A stretch of 64,000 nucleotides of DNA from Octopus vulgaris (taxonomy: Eukaryota). Position numbers and translations under genes: made by a program. How positions within the stretch are numbered: the first letter of the stretch is position 1; each line of letters opens with the position of its first letter. The notes under the pieces were generated by a model. It made no database searches. It was not told the origin of the DNA and saw only the letters and a list, made by a program, of their open reading frames with translations. The DNA lies in assembly GCA_951406725.2 (NCBI GenBank), contig OX597815.1, forward strand, positions 54,436,001 through 54,500,000, given 5' to 3'. Positions 1-15,319 of this stretch are shown here, piece by piece.

Positions 1-1599
1 CAAACAGCTGGAAACACTATCAAAGACAGTTCATGGATTCACCAAAGAAATAGATATGAAATTTGGATTAGAAAAATGCGCCAAAGTAACCCTGAAAAGA
101 GGAAAACTAGTTAAGAATAGCGATATCACAATAGATAAAACCAATGAAATAAAAGAATTAGACCAAAGCCAAACCTACAAATACTTAGGAATCCATGAAC
201 TAGATAAGACACAACACACACAAATGAAAGAGAAAATAAAGAAAGAATACTATAGACGAGTTAGATCAATACTAAAGACAGAGCTCAATACTAAAAACAA
301 GATAATAGGTATTAACACTTTAGCCGTCCCAGTTATAAGTTACAGCTACAATATCCTTAACTGGACGTTAAATGAACTAACCAAAATAGATAGGAAAACA
401 AGAAAAATAATGACAGGATCTAGGATGCATCACCCAAAATCTGACATAGAAAGGCTATATTTACAACGTATAGAAGGTGGTAGAGGCCTTATAAAGCTGG
501 AAAACTACTATAAAATAACCACCATAGGACTGCAAAAATACCTGGAAGCCGACAAATACAAACAAGAAATCATACCACCTAACAAATATGAAGAAGAAGA
601 AGAAGAAGAAGAAGAAGAAGAAGAAGAAGAAGAAGAAGAAGAAGAAGAAGAAGAAGAAGAAGAAGAAGAGGAAGAAAAGCTATAAAGCAAATGAAATCAA
701 AACTAAAACTAGAACAGCAACGGACCATGATAAAGCGATGGCAAGAAAAGCCTCTTCATGGCAAGTACCGGACAAAACTAAATGCAAAAGAAATAGACAA
801 AGAAAAATCCCAGCAATGGTCGAGAAGCTCAGGACTCAAAGTAGAGACATGGGATTTTTAATTGCAGCACTATACCAAAGCCTCCTCACCAGAAATTACC
901 AAAAGCATGTAATGAAAAGAAATATAACAAGTAACTGCAGAATATGTGGAGATGGACAAGAAACAATAAATCATATTATCTCTGGCTGCCCAGTCCTCAC
1001 TAAGAAGGAATATATTCACAGACACGACAGAGTTGGGACCTACATACACTGGAAGCTATGCCAACATTATGGAATAACAGCAGAAAAAAGATGGTATAGG
1101 CACACACCAGAAAAGGTCGCAGAAAACGAGAAAGCAACCATACTCTGGAATATGCCAATATACACAGATAGGAAAATTAAGGCCAACAGACCAGATATAG
1201 TTGTCAAAGATCATGAAAACAAAAATGCTTTCTAATTGATGTATCAATACCAGCAGATGACAACGTGTCTCCAAAAGAAATGGAGAAACTTTCAAAATAC
1301 AAAGACCTGGAAATAGAGGTAACTAGAATGTGGAATCTAAAACAGAAACAATTCCTATCATAGTAAGTGCATTAGGCATGATAAGAAAATATTCAGACTA
1401 ATACATAACAAAAACACCAGGACTTACAAACACATATAACATACAGAAAATTGCACTACAAGGCACTGCACACGCAGAACACTTTCAATACAGTAACCAT
1501 CAGAGCATCACAACAAATCACAGCACATACCCAAGGCGCACAGAGCTGCGCTCGGTAGTCAAGTGAAATCACGTTATAAAACTAAAACTACTGAATGAT

Positions 1600-1600
<1 letters not shown>
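1..1600 (+). mobile_element. R4/Dong-like non-LTR retrotransposon with restriction-like endonuclease (RLE), 3' part, degenerate
   Basis: RT end/thumb (MKFGLEKC...YKYLG, ERLYLQRIEGGRGL; ORF 56-685), zinc finger CRICGDGQETINHIISGC, RHD motif and RLE ANRPDIVVKD (ORF 588-1235), KYKDLEIEV after a frameshift, then a (TAA)n tail. Confidence 0.9.
590..677 (+). repeat. (GAA)n microsatellite inside the retrotransposon ORF
   Basis: About 27 GAA units; produces the poly-E/poly-K/poly-S ORF artefacts. Confidence 0.95.

Positions 1601-1660
<60 letters not shown>
1601..1660 (+). repeat. (TAA)n tail or target repeat of the Dong-like element
   Basis: About 20 TAA units directly after the element's 3' UTR. 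Confidence 0.9.
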
Positions 1661-1743
1661 TGAAGGAATATTATTCTAAACTTACAGGGAAAAATTCAAT
1701 TTAGAAATACTAAATAAAATTTCACAATATATATATATATATA

Positions 1744-1850
<107 letters not shown>

Positions 1851-1964
1851 ATATATATATTAGAAAAGACCACCTTTTATCAATTCAAAAATGAAAAAAA
1901 AAATTATGTCATTTAGAAAAAATTACGTCGTATAGAACGATTAAATATAAGCTAAACCATATAC

Positions 1965-2039
1965 CAAAACCTATCAACGGAGTGAAATCACAGCTTCAAA
2001 TGAATACATACATACGCATATGTACATACATACATAACT

Positions 2040-2106
<67 letters not shown>

Positions 2107-2172
2107 TATGTATGTATATACATATGCGTATGTATACATTTGAAACTGTAATTTCAATCCGTTGATACGGTT
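1965..2172. repeat. Imperfect inverted repeat around a (CA)n(TA)n microsatellite, possibly a PLE terminal remnant
   Basis: aacctatcaacggagtgaaatcacagcttcaaatg...catacgcatatgta is mirrored by tacatatgcgtatg...catttgaaactgtaatttcaatccgttgatacggtt. Confidence 0.55.
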
Positions 2173-3149
2173 CTATCGCATTATTTAAGACAGCTTGTTA
2201 CATATTGATCAAAACCATCTTAAATAACAAAATCGGGCAACCCCTTTGATTCTGTTAAAAATTAAGTAAAACCTCAGTTGATTGAATAAACTTTATGACT
2301 TGTACTAAGAATTTTTCGCACAAAAATGATCACCTTAAAAGAAATATAAAGTATGTAGTATATTTATTGGTTTTAAAATGAACCACCATTGTTTTTATGT
2401 GTGTACGTTTACTTTGCGTTTTCTTTTGTACGTGAGTGAGTGTAAACAAATGCTATTTGATTAAATATATTGTGTCCTAGTTTAAAACACTCGCACTCCT
2501 TCTCTTCTATTTTATTGTAATAAACCTGCTTCTCATTAGTCTTTAAAAAGGTAATTCTTTTTCTTCAGAGCTTAACGTATACTTTTTAATGGAATAAGTG
2601 CTACATTATGTTCATTATTGCAGAGCGTTAACGCTTCCATATATGCTTTTTTTATTCTTCAATTATTCCAAAGAATGCAAGACTATATCTATAGAAATCA
2701 GTATTACTTGTTAAAGTCTAATTAAATTTGTCCTGTGATATTTCGCAACATTTGCAATATGAGTTTACAACTTAAAATTTAACATTTGTACTAAGTTTTT
2801 TTTTCTTGTTTTCATTCATCTACCTTTCATATTATCTCTTTAATTCGATTTTTATTCAAATTTCTGCTAAAACCTGTTCAAGTGTTTTGAAGAAATGTTC
2901 TTTCATTTTTGTTCTTTTGTAGCAATTGAATAGATCACACTCTCTATCTATGATATACGTGATAACACCCATTAAGGAAAGTAAATTATTGTCACCTTCC
3001 AAGAAGAGAATAATTATTTTAATTCATGATAGGAAAGACAAACAAAATTTGAAAGAAAGAACATTAAGCATTTTATTATCGAAATTATATGGAACAACTT
3101 CCAGCAAAATTAAATAACAATCAGTACATCAAAAAGACGTAGGTCTAGT

Positions 3150-3900
3150 ATATAAAAGAACACTCAATTCAAGCTCGCGCAGACTGATTTCTAGAAACTG
3201 AAAGGGGACAAAGATTCCCTGCTGGAAAATGTTCACGAGAAATTCTGTTAAAAGAAGATGAATTGAAATTTATATTACTGACAAAGAAGTTTTCTTATCG
3301 AGAATAAGTTGAGCATTTAAACACACAGGCAACCATCAAGTGTCATGTAAGAACAAATGAACAAATGAAATTCTAAATGTCATAAGTGCTTCAGGTTTCT
3401 GTGGTACTGACGATTTATGGGATGCATTTATAATGTTAGGAATGGTACGGCAGAGCGGGGAAGGGTGATTTTGCAGGTGAAAGGGTTAATAAATAGATGT
3501 ATGTTGCACAAAGATACGTGTATGAGGGAAAAACTGGGGAAGACGATTTGAGGTATAAAACATTCAAGTCACTGTTTGAAAATAGAAAGTTAACCAAGAA
3601 GAGGTGAGTGCTTGAAAAGAATTTAGAACGTTGTTCTCAATGAAGGAGGAAAGTGATGGAAGCATTGAGAAAGTGATAAAAAGAGCAAATGAATGTAGAG
3701 TATTATCGAATTTACTTGAAGTAACTCTTTCAAAACCATCCTTTATTTATTCAATGCAGATTGGCAATGAGCCAAAACTTCTAGTTTTGTTATCCATTCG
3801 ACCAAATTATTTAGATAGAATTTATTCAAGATCATGACATTCAGTCATCATGATTTGACACCAGCAGTCTATACAATTCATAATCTACATATTGTAAAAT
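3150..3900 (-). mobile_element. Highly degenerate Penelope-like fragment (linker/GIY-YIG region)
   Basis: Broken minus-strand translation gives PLCRTIPNII..., VFKCS and NRISREHF, resembling the Cys-rich linker and RFxEH of PLE GIY-YIG domains. Confidence 0.35.
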
Positions 3901-4350
3901 ATTTTGTTATTGAAAAGCAGTCAGCAGAATTCATAGTCTCGTGAATGAAATGAGAAGTAGATGCTATACAGTGATATAAAGTGGGAGTCATTCATAGTCC
4001 GGTAATTATAAAACTGTATATCTGTAACTTAAAGACGCATAAACATGCACTTGTCCTATATAAAATTAGGTACTAATAGATTCGTTTGAGTGTACTAAAA
4101 CATACTTTCAATATTAGGTGTCTTTCGCTGTTTTTGTTCTCCTCCATCTCTATATACAATTCTTCTCTCTCTCCCTCGCTCCCTCCCCCATATCTCTGTT
4201 TCGCTCTCTATGGTTCTCTTATTCTGGCGAAAAGACACTGGTGTTCATAAACTCAAACTCGTAAATATATAAGCGTGACCTGACACAGAATAACATATAT
4301 TTCTCTATTACTTCGTTTTGTTACATTCTTCCCATTTTTTTTTGTTTAAT

Positions 4351-4385
4351 TTTCTGAAGAAGAGATTGTGTTCGAAACATCAAAG
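4351..4385 (+). ncRNA. Degenerate minimal hammerhead ribozyme motif (PLE pseudo-LTR, pLTR)
   Basis: ttt-CTGAAGA-agagattgtgttc-GAAA-ca-TC-aaag; looks like a decayed homologue of the motif at 17067. Confidence 0.45.
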
Positions 4386-6625
4386 GCATTTCTAATTTCC
4401 AACATCTCGAATGACAACCTAATAATTACACTTTGATCTCAATTTATCTCTCTGCTGTTTCTCACATCGTTAGTTTTGCATGAAAACACACATACATACA
4501 CGCATGCACACACGTAATTTTTTTAATGAAAATTTAGTACAGGTCTGCTATGCCTTTCATACATTCGATAAAATAAGTACCACTGGAGTACTAGGGTCGA
4601 TGTTATCGATTTATCCCTTCCCCCGAAGTTGCTGGTTTTGTGTCAAAATTCGAAACAGATAATTCGTATCAAAGCTGAGTCCGAAATTCAAACTGATTAA
4701 AATATTGATTGTAGACAAATACATAACAGATTATACGTCGTTGACAAGGTCTAATATAACCAAAACATTTCAAGATTTGCCAACGTATTTTCTAACGATC
4801 AGAATCACTTTCTCTGCATGAGGTCAATCGATTTTTAAGTAATTTGAAATTTAGAGATGTTTTCCTTGCATTGAACATTACCGCTTTACTTTACTTCCAT
4901 AACGGATGCATATTTTAACTAAGTAAGTAATTATATTGTTTCATTACATCCAGCATATTAGACGCCATTTATGTAGACGTTCTACTGTTGAAGGTATCCC
5001 TATGATATTTTTCATGTCCTTATTTTAAATGGCTTGTTCAATAAACTCGTATATCCCTAATTTCTTATACAGGTTCTTATTCTAAAAGGTGATTAGTTCA
5101 AGGAAAACTACGCTTTTCTGAGGAGATCCAATAATAATAATAATAATATATTCCCGGAGTTGTTGCCGCGCTTACTAAAGATCACACACACTACGTCATT
5201 TGTCTCCCTTTTGTTAAGAAGCATCTATAAAGCTAATGATTTTTCTGATCATGACAGGTAAAGATTAATTAGGGAGCACACTTTTGACTCATCAGTTTGA
5301 GCAGGTTAACTCCCATATAATTTGTGCATGTGTGTGTGTGCGCGCGCTTTAGTAGTCCCACTTCTCCGTCTTTGTTTGGGCTTATTTTTTTCTATCAGAA
5401 GAACTATATAGTACAATGCGTTATACTTGAAAGTCTTCATAAGAAATTGTAAGTCGAGTTCGTTAAATTCCAATGCTAGAAAAAGTTTTTTAACATTTAG
5501 AATTTAGATTTGAGTCAATGACAATAATGTACATCTCCATTCTTAGTACCCATATTTTAATATGGTTGTGTTTCCTCAGTCGAAAGTACCTCAAGTGGGT
5601 CAATTATTCTAACGCATTATCAACACAAATAGTCTGGAAAGGCGACCATGTACTTCATGGATAAAATTCAAGAACGGTTAGTATATAGAAGTTCGAATGT
5701 CAACGATCCTATTAAGAATGCTTCGTACATCGTTGCTTTTGATTTTCTGTACACATCAAAGTTTATCACAGTTTATATTTTCGATTTACGTTATAAGCAT
5801 GAACGAAAATAAACATGTAACATTCTTTTAAAGTGGCATATCAGTTGGAATTTCGTTTTAACTTAACTAACGAAGAAATTCTTTTGTTTCATTTCCACTA
5901 TTTCTAACTAGCTATCCATTTATCCCCACAAGTGCCAACACAGAGGGAGACAGACAGAGATACATATACGTTTATGTAGGTGTGTATATAATACCTATAC
6001 ATAGGTATCCACACACACAGATGCACGTGCGCACGCGTATAAACATACATGCACACACACAAAATATACACACACATATATTTATACCTAGAATAAGTTT
6101 TCAAATAAATTAAATGCTAGAGATAACATGTTTTCCTCTTTCAATCAATATTTGCAACAAGTTAAGTCTGTTTTACACAATATATCATAAACAAATAGAT
6201 TTTAAAAATCAACAGGACTAAAGACGTAAAATAACGTATTATGTGAGTAAGTTTGTAAATGATTTACCTATTAGAGTAGCGTTACCAATTATTACACCAG
6301 AAAAAGCATGGCATTCCTTATTCCCAAACTAACTGGGATACATTATTCAAAATAACTGTGCTACATTTATCTCATATAGCTGTTGATCACTCAACTGGCA
6401 TTAGCATGATAGGTTATAAATACATATATATTTTATGTACTAATATATTTTATGTACTAATAACCCGACTAGATGTTTGAGACAAGAAATAACCCCATGA
6501 ATTCATCTATACTTAGCACAGTTACATATAATAGGAAACAGACTCATAATAAAACTCTTTTGAGAATAAATCGAAACAAGTGGTCGTTAGTGTTGCCATC
6601 AATTCCATTTTAACATGAGATAAAA

Positions 6626-7914
6626 CACGAGGATATACCTAAAGTAACTGGAAACGCTCCTTGTGGGCAAGCCCGTTGTAGTTCAGGCTCCGCCGCTAGA
6701 AGACACTTGATGCGATCCTCAGGCATCAGTCTGTCGACTGACGTCGTCGACTGCCATCGCACTGCCATGTGGGACGTTTTTGTTTTGCAGTACTTCTTCC
6801 TGGTTCGTCGACTTTTGCAATGGCAGGAACGAAGGGACAGCGTGCTTCCGTGAAATTCTGTTTTCCGCCGGAGAAAAGGCAGCCGAAATAGTTGCCATGC
6901 TTCAAACAGCTTACAATGACGCTGCCATGAGCAAAACACAAGTTTGCCACTGATTTTCACACTTCAGGAATGGTCAGCTATCACTTGAAGACCAACCTTA
7001 TTCAGGGCGACCGTCGACCTCCCAGACGAATGAAAACATCATGAAAATTCATGAACGGATCTTCGAGGAGCATCGCCGAACAGTTGGCGAACTACTTGTC
7101 GATGTAACTGGTGTGTCCTGGAGATCCTGCCAACGAATTTTAATCGAGGGATTGTGAATTAAAAGAGTTGCAGTAAAATGTGTGCCTCACTTACTCACAG
7201 AAGATCAAAAGAAGTCAGGAGTGAATGCGTATCGTGAAGTTGATCCGAATCGTTTATCGAAGGTCATCACTGGTGACGAAAGCTGGTGCAACGGCTACGA
7301 CCCGAAAACGAAGCAGAAACCAAGTCAATGGAAGCATTCAACATCACTACACACCCACAAGCGTCATGTGAAGCCCAATGGCACGTCGATGCTGATGTTT
7401 CATCGATTCCAAAGGAATTGTCCACACAGTATTTGTTCCTCCTGGTCAAACTATTAACTATACATTTTACTTGACAGTTTTGAAGCGTTTTCGAGAAACG
7501 GCAAGTGACGAAAACGCCCCGACTAGTGGCAAAATTGAGTGGTGTTTTCATCACGACAATGTTGCTTCGCACACCACCTTGGATGTGAGACAGTTTTTGA
7601 ACAAAAATGGCATGACCCCGTTTACCTACCCTCCCTATTCACGCGATCTTGCTCCCTTCAACTTTATTGGTTTCCCCCGAAAGAAAAACGTCCATAACGG
7701 AAAACGTTTCGCAGATGTGGAAGAGGTGAAGAAAAAACAACGGAGGCGTTAAAAAGTTTCACTTCGCAAGAGTTCTAGGACTACGAATAATGGAAAACGT
7801 GTCTGGATCGATGAATTGCTTCGAATGGAGAATAATTTGAATGCGATAAAAGTGTAAACTAAGTGCATAAAATAATATTGCAAAATTCCGGTTTATTTTG
7901 GGTACCTCCTTGTA
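6626..7914 (+). mobile_element. Mariner (DD34D) transposon, full length, degenerate
   Basis: Left end cacgaggatatacctaaagtaactggaa matches the reverse complement of right end ttccggtttattttgggtacctccttgta. Frameshifted transposase with SGRPS, VPHLLT, ITGDESW, HHDN and PPYSRDLAP. Confidence 0.9.
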
Positions 7915-8177
7915 TTTCTTCAAAGTATCAAATAAAGATAATATAAGACGAAAGGATACAAATTTAAGTGAGTTTGCATTTTTATAAATTAGTTACCACG
8001 AAGAGTGGAACATTGCAGCATCAAAACGTCTATGTTACAAACGTCAGATTTGGTCACTTCGGATGTCAAACGAATTTATTCATAGTAAACAAACGCAGAC
8101 TAGAATCATTGGATTAAAATGACTAGAATCAGCAGAGTAAAATTTAGTTATTTACTCGGGTGGCAAAATATACAAAA

Positions 8178-9194
<1,017 letters not shown>

Positions 9195-10379
9195 TGACTG
9201 TAAAATGAGGAATGTGAAAGTAAATGTGTGGAATGCCCGGAAGACTTTCGAATAGAGTCTGAAAATGCTATAAATGTCAAATGTAAGAACTTAATATGAA
9301 TAGATAACAGACATGTGTATAAGAAATATAAAGAAAAGATTATTTGGTTATTGGATAAGAAGTGTCTTTAAACTGTCATTTCTGCATCAGAGATACAAGT
9401 TATAGGAACACGTTGCTAAATCATGGCTACTACTGAACCTGTGCAAAGAATGTGATTGACTGCTTGACAGCAACAGGTAATGAGATTACTGTATGGTGAG
9501 AACCCTATGGCAAGAACAGAAACAATAAGAACAGTGATAACGCAACAATAATAAATTAAAACGTTGACTGGCATTACGTGTCTATATTTACAGCAAAACT
9601 GAAAAGTACTGTATGTACAGAATACGAACGACAGTAATAAAGTAATATCAGAAAATTACCACCGTTATCATCAAAACCAGTATTATCATACTTTCTGCCG
9701 TCTTAATTATCATCAACAATATCACTACATCTAAATATAAGTATCATTAACATCAGCTGGTGTCGTATACTAAAGTATTGATAACACATCATATCATCAC
9801 CACAATTATAGTCGTCGTCATCGCTTCACTAGTTATCATAATCAACATTGCATCTGCAATTTTCTAAAGCAATTCATGATTCTCAACGATTTCTTATATT
9901 ACCATACAGCCACAATGCCAAATATCCATGTATGCTAAGCGGAAGAGGAACTGTTTCATTCGACCTACACTAAACATACCACTAATATTTGACGTTTAGT
10001 TTATCCGCCGCTTCGTGCGTCATTTGTCTGTTTCTTAATAGCATTAGTAAAGTAAGTCGGCCTTAACCTTGGATCAAAATCGGCTTCTGAGATCAGATAT
10101 TTATGCCGGCTCCTGACCATTCTAATACTGATTTCTCACATTGATTTCTACTTCAAGTGTACATTCGATTTAATTTTCCCCTCTAGCAATTACCTTATAT
10201 GTATGTTTCTAACTTAAGGTATTTTATCTGACGCTGTTATGATTCCGGCATTTTTCATCTAATCTTCACCACTCTGATATTTACAATCATAATGCTTCAA
10301 GCCACATTTCAGATCATAAAATTGACAGCAGTACTCCTTCAGGCAATTTTCAATATTAGAAATTTTATTTATCATCCTC

Positions 10380-10630
10380 CTCTTTATCATCATCGTAGTC
10401 GCCTTAGTCGTCGTCATTATCATCATCATTATGATGCTATCATTATTATCGTCCTTTTCTTACTCCACCTTGCTCTTAACATCTTTATACATTTCCTTTC
10501 TCTTGAACATCATCATTATCATCATCGCCACCTCTGCTACCACTACCGCCATCATCATCGTCAACATCATCACACCTACTACTACCATCGCCGTTGACTT
10601 CATCATCACCATCGTCCTCTTCGTCATTAT
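10380..10630. repeat. Degenerate (CAT)n-rich low-complexity tract
   Basis: CAT/CAC/CGT triplets generate His-rich and Ile-rich spurious ORFs. Confidence 0.8.
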
Positions 10631-10984
10631 GTCAAAAAATATTAACAATAAATGAGTAAATTATAGTATGGCAGATGTTTCTGCATCCAAATACGGATGT
10701 GAGATATAGTGATTTAAATGATTTCATTCAACTAAGTTTAGAACTCCAAACATGGTTGGTAAAAATTGAAAAACAAGTAACGGAAATATCTCCTGTGATC
10801 GAAATGTTTTGAGTAATTTAGACAATACAAAATGTAACTAGCTACCTTCTTCCATCCAACTAGGTAAGAAGCGAAAACATTTTAGTTGTATTAGACTGCC
10901 TTGGCGAAGCATGTCATTCTCGCTTGACAAGACCAAAATAGAAGAGAAAAAAACTCATAATCGGAGTATAGTATAATACGTTCT

Positions 10985-11190
10985 ACTAGGGACACAAGGC
11001 CTGAAATTTGTGGGGAGAGGTTTAGTCGATGCATCGATTCCAGTGCTTAAATGATACTTATTTCATCGACCACGAAAAGATGAATGACAAAGTCCACCAC
11101 AGCGGTATTTGAACATATAACGTAAAGCTAGAAGTACCGCTAGGCATTTTATCAGGCGTGCTAGCGATTCTACTAATTCGCCACCTTATC
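10985..11190 (-). mobile_element. tRNA-derived SINE, family B
   Basis: Reverse complement begins taaggtggcgaattagtagaatcgctagcacgcc and contains an internal gttcaaatacc B-box and a tttcatc...gtcgatgaaataagtatc domain. Homologous to 50771-50885, with partial copies near 4545-4660 and 35880-36070. Confidence 0.7.
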
Positions 11191-12165
11191 GTAAAAAATG
11201 TTTCTTTGTCGCAAAACCAGTTTATCAGAGTCAGGAACAAAATTATGTACGTCCTTTATGCATTTGTTAAGAGCATTTCTGAAAGAAGTCTGCCTTAACC
11301 TAGGACCACTGTGTAATCAGGTTGCAGACTCCATCACTTTCCCCAGACTTTTTCTGAACTAAATACATGTTATGCATAAAATGAGTGTCATTATTACATT
11401 AATTAAGTTTCTATAAGTATATATTGAACAATTTTATTATTGCCAATAGAGTATGTATATTTTCAAAGCATTTTAGTTGGAAGTGAAATATTTCATAACT
11501 GTTCTTTCGGCGTTAGCACATTTAACGAAATTGTTATATGTAAGCGGGCTAGAAACACAAGTATGGGATGAAATTTAACCATCTTTTATAGATATACACC
11601 TTCAAATTGTACACTGGAGATGGTAATACTGCACAGACTGTGCAAAGATTGTATACGCCTTTTATGATATAGAAATGAACCAAGACAACCCAAAACAGAC
11701 AAGAATTAATTATAAACACTGTCATCTTAATAAACGAAATACTGGTAAATGTGCGAAAAACAGTTGGAACTATATCAAATGCAACTCTCAGAAATTAAAT
11801 ACATGTTTAGGACACACTATTATAAACGCATTTGATTCATGACAGAAACAAATATAAATTTTTAAAATAGGTTAATATTTATAGGCTATAAGTTATATAT
11901 CCTCAACAGGATGGTAATTCAAAATACAGAAAGAACTTGCTTTTAACACCTAAAATTCGACTGAGAAATGTGGCACAGTATTATTTTAATTCTCTCGAGC
12001 TTCTTTTTGGAGAGCCGCCTGAAAACTTGCGGTTAAGTTCACAAAACAATGATATAAGCTCTTTTTGCGATTTCGATCTTGGAAACACCCCTGTACATAT
12101 CACTTGAAGTTTAACCCCCCACCACATACACACACAAAATATAAGTACTAATTTGATCGATTTAA

Positions 12166-14282
12166 GACCCCACAGTGTACGTAAATATATAGTATTGTAG
12201 ATTAGCATGGGATTTTTAATACGCTGAATCTAAAAATAGTATTTTTATAGTTTTACAATTTGATTTTCAAATATAGTGGAAATCCAAGATCGCGACCAAA
12301 ATACACAAATTTTTAATGAAATCAGTAGCTGTACCAAGAATGTGTTGTGATATGTCTTCATATGTTTTTGAGTTTAATAACAAATAATTAAGTAATTTAA
12401 CTTTGCAAAAGAAAAACAATTCCCCGAGTTCCATAATTTATATGATACAATAATATGTTTATAACCATTATAGCTTCCGAACTTCACACCAAGTCATCCA
12501 ATGCATGATTGAAGTGAATAAAGCTTACGTCTGTCTTACCACTCACATTATCCAAGTAAATTTTCAAATTTATTGCATGGCAGTTTTTGATAAATTTGTT
12601 CAATGCTGCTTTTTGTCACAGAAAGGGCAGCGTCTTTGGCATATCTGATTTCTAAATGCAGCCTATCGACCTTTTCTTTATCTGGTATATCTGCTATGAG
12701 ATAGCATCTACCTTAGTGATGCTACTTAACAGTCCACCATGATTTTTTAAAATATCCAAGTCGGCTGTTCATCGTCTATCCACTGCAATGTTGGCGAATT
12801 CCTTCTTCTCCAGTCCCTCCACCACTAACTGCTGATAGCGGTAATCCCATTCTTTAATGATGTCAGCCACTCACTCTATCCCCTAGGCTCTCGACGTTCA
12901 AGCAGATCAGCCGACTTGGATATAACTTGGGAAGGAAATGCTAATTTGAGTTGCTTGCCACCACGATGACTCAACTCATAGGTGATTAGTCCCACACTAC
13001 GTTCTGAGTCGAGATTGTGAATGAGAGTTCTCTCTAATTTAGCTAAGTCCATGTTTGCCAGAGCATGGGGAGACACTTTGATGATGTTTCCAGCATATAT
13101 CTTCATCATATCTGGTTTCCTAGAATCTGCTAGAAGATACCAAACTGAGTGCAGGACTATCTATATTCGGTTTGGATCCACTGTGGAAAGGTCATCACAA
13201 AGTTGTTTGAAAACAGGTACAAGTTTTGAGTAGGTTGTGGTGGGCGAAAGGAATGGTTTGACAAGGTGCAGTCCAATCAGCAAACCTGTGCAATACAAGA
13301 ATTTGGAAAACACCAGATCTATGTAACATTGTACGATACAAGCCAGTTGGATTGTAACCTGCTCGTATTTTGCCACATCATCCAGGTGGTAAAAGTTATT
13401 GCACAAGTCAAAATGAGACAGTCAAAAAATTCATTCTTCAGGACAATGGATTTATTAACTTGTTGTTGAATGTGCTTGTCGAATTCATCGGCTTTGTTCC
13501 ATAACTTGTGACCAAAATCCTGTTTCATTAATCTTGTCATGCAATCAAGAGCCTATTCAGTGACTATGGATGAGCGCCGTGTTACATTTACAAAAAACTC
13601 GAATAAATATTGTCCCCTCCAATTGCATTCTCGATATCGCGCTACTGTTTAGTTATTACTCGACTGAACATAAGCGAAGGGTATGCATTACAAAACAGAT
13701 GTTCAGGTACGTGTTCTGTGCCGAGATTTTCTGCTACGATCCTTTCAACCCGAACATTGTGTGATGTTTGGTCCGAGATAACAAAATGTTTTCAAATAGT
13801 GTTTTAACCGGGATATTACTTGCTGCTTCTCGTAGCGAGAGTACAGCCACTTTCAAGTCAGACAGCTTATTCCTTGCTTCTGATGCTACAAGCAGAGTCG
13901 GCAGAGGTGTGTAACAACGTTTAATAGCCAACCACTAGATCAACCTCCCTCTTTTTTTGGTTTTTTATTTTAGATTTATCATCTGAAATAACTGACATTT
14001 TATCTGAAGACAACATCTCTTTCACGATTTCGTCCAAGGACCAGTGGTACATTTGTGAACATCGTATAATTAATTAATGAGAAAACATTTACTGCTAATT
14101 GGTTCATAGATTAAAGATGTACAGTAGTTATCCCTGTCATTACTATCTGCATAAGATAGTACTGATTTGCCAATCGAAATCAATCTATTCGTACTGGGGA
14201 TAAACTAAGATAAACTAGATAAACTAAGCAAGGTAGAAATGAGGAAATATAGAAAAATATAAATGATATTAATTACACTGGG
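12166..14282 (-). mobile_element. Degenerate DNA transposon of uncertain superfamily (hAT-like)
   Basis: Collinear broken minus-strand frames (13734-13931, 13319-13540, 13161-13406, 12876-13109), including HNLDSERSVGLITYEL, which resembles hAT-type C-terminal ER motifs. Only a weak cagtgta/tacactg terminal match. Confidence 0.5.
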
Positions 14283-14437
14283 CAGTTGACTACTAATAGT
14301 AATATTAATAATGTATTTAGGTTGAAGCTAAATGCACTATTGATATGGAAGCCAAGGATTGACTCTCAGACGGGTTCCCATGGGTGACCAGAATAATACT
14401 ACAATTCCCACAACTGAGTCAGATACTAACATGAAGA

Positions 14438-14843
14438 ATAGGCGTGACTGTGTAATAAGAAGCTTGCTTCCAGCTACATGGTTGTATGTTCAATTCCAAT
14501 GCTTTCCCCTTCGGCAAGTGTCTTCTACTATAGCCTCGGGCCAACAAAAGCTTTCTCACTAGATTTGGTAGATGGAAACTGGAAGAAGTTTGTCATATGT
14601 ATACGTGTGTGTGTGTTTGTGTGAGTTTGTGTGTGTATCTATGTATGTGTGAACCTTTGTGTCCATGTTTGTTCCGCAAGACCAGTTAACAACAGCGGTT
14701 GGTACGTTTACGTCTCCACAACCTAGCGGCTTGGCAAATTCACCGATAGAATAGTCGATTCGTTCGACTAAAATTCTTCAAGGTGGTGTTCCAGGATTCG
14801 GCAGTGTAACAACTGAAACAAGTAAAAGATAAAAGATAAAAGA
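14438..14843 (+). mobile_element. tRNA-derived SINE, family A
   Basis: tRNA-like head, ggcaagtgtcttctactatagcctcggg core, internal TG repeat, 3' actgaaacaagtaaaagataaaagataaaaga tail; homologous to 47170-47927. Confidence 0.8.
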
Positions 14844-15319
14844 TGTCGTTACCAAGAACTTTTGATTACGGACCTACTACCATCTTCAACAACATGTCCA
14901 CCTGAACTTGATGTAATTACAAACCTGGAGAAACGTATTAATTAAATGGGAACTGTACCCAAGCTAACAAGCTCAACTACTAGATCTGATGATATTCCGA
15001 ATATCAACTCATACACAATATTAATCTAAAATCTAATACATCATTAGCTGAACATATTTGTTTACTCTAGTCCCAAAACATTAACTATGAATTTAAATAG
15101 CGAACTTTGACTAAACGCAACCCGATAGTAGCAATGGGAGTCTGAAATTTGTATTCGCAAAACCCTTGAAATTCTATTCGCTGATTTTAGAAATGCTAAC
15201 AAACGTAACGAACTTATCGCGAAATGTAAGTCTTATTTTCAAGCCCTTTATAAGAGAAAATTGCTAAGCCTAACAGAATTTCTTATTTTATGAAATTATT
15301 TGCTTATAACTTAATAACT

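Noticed and set aside
10292-10655. His-rich and hydrophobic ORFs
   Set aside because: Produced by a degenerate (CAT)n tract.
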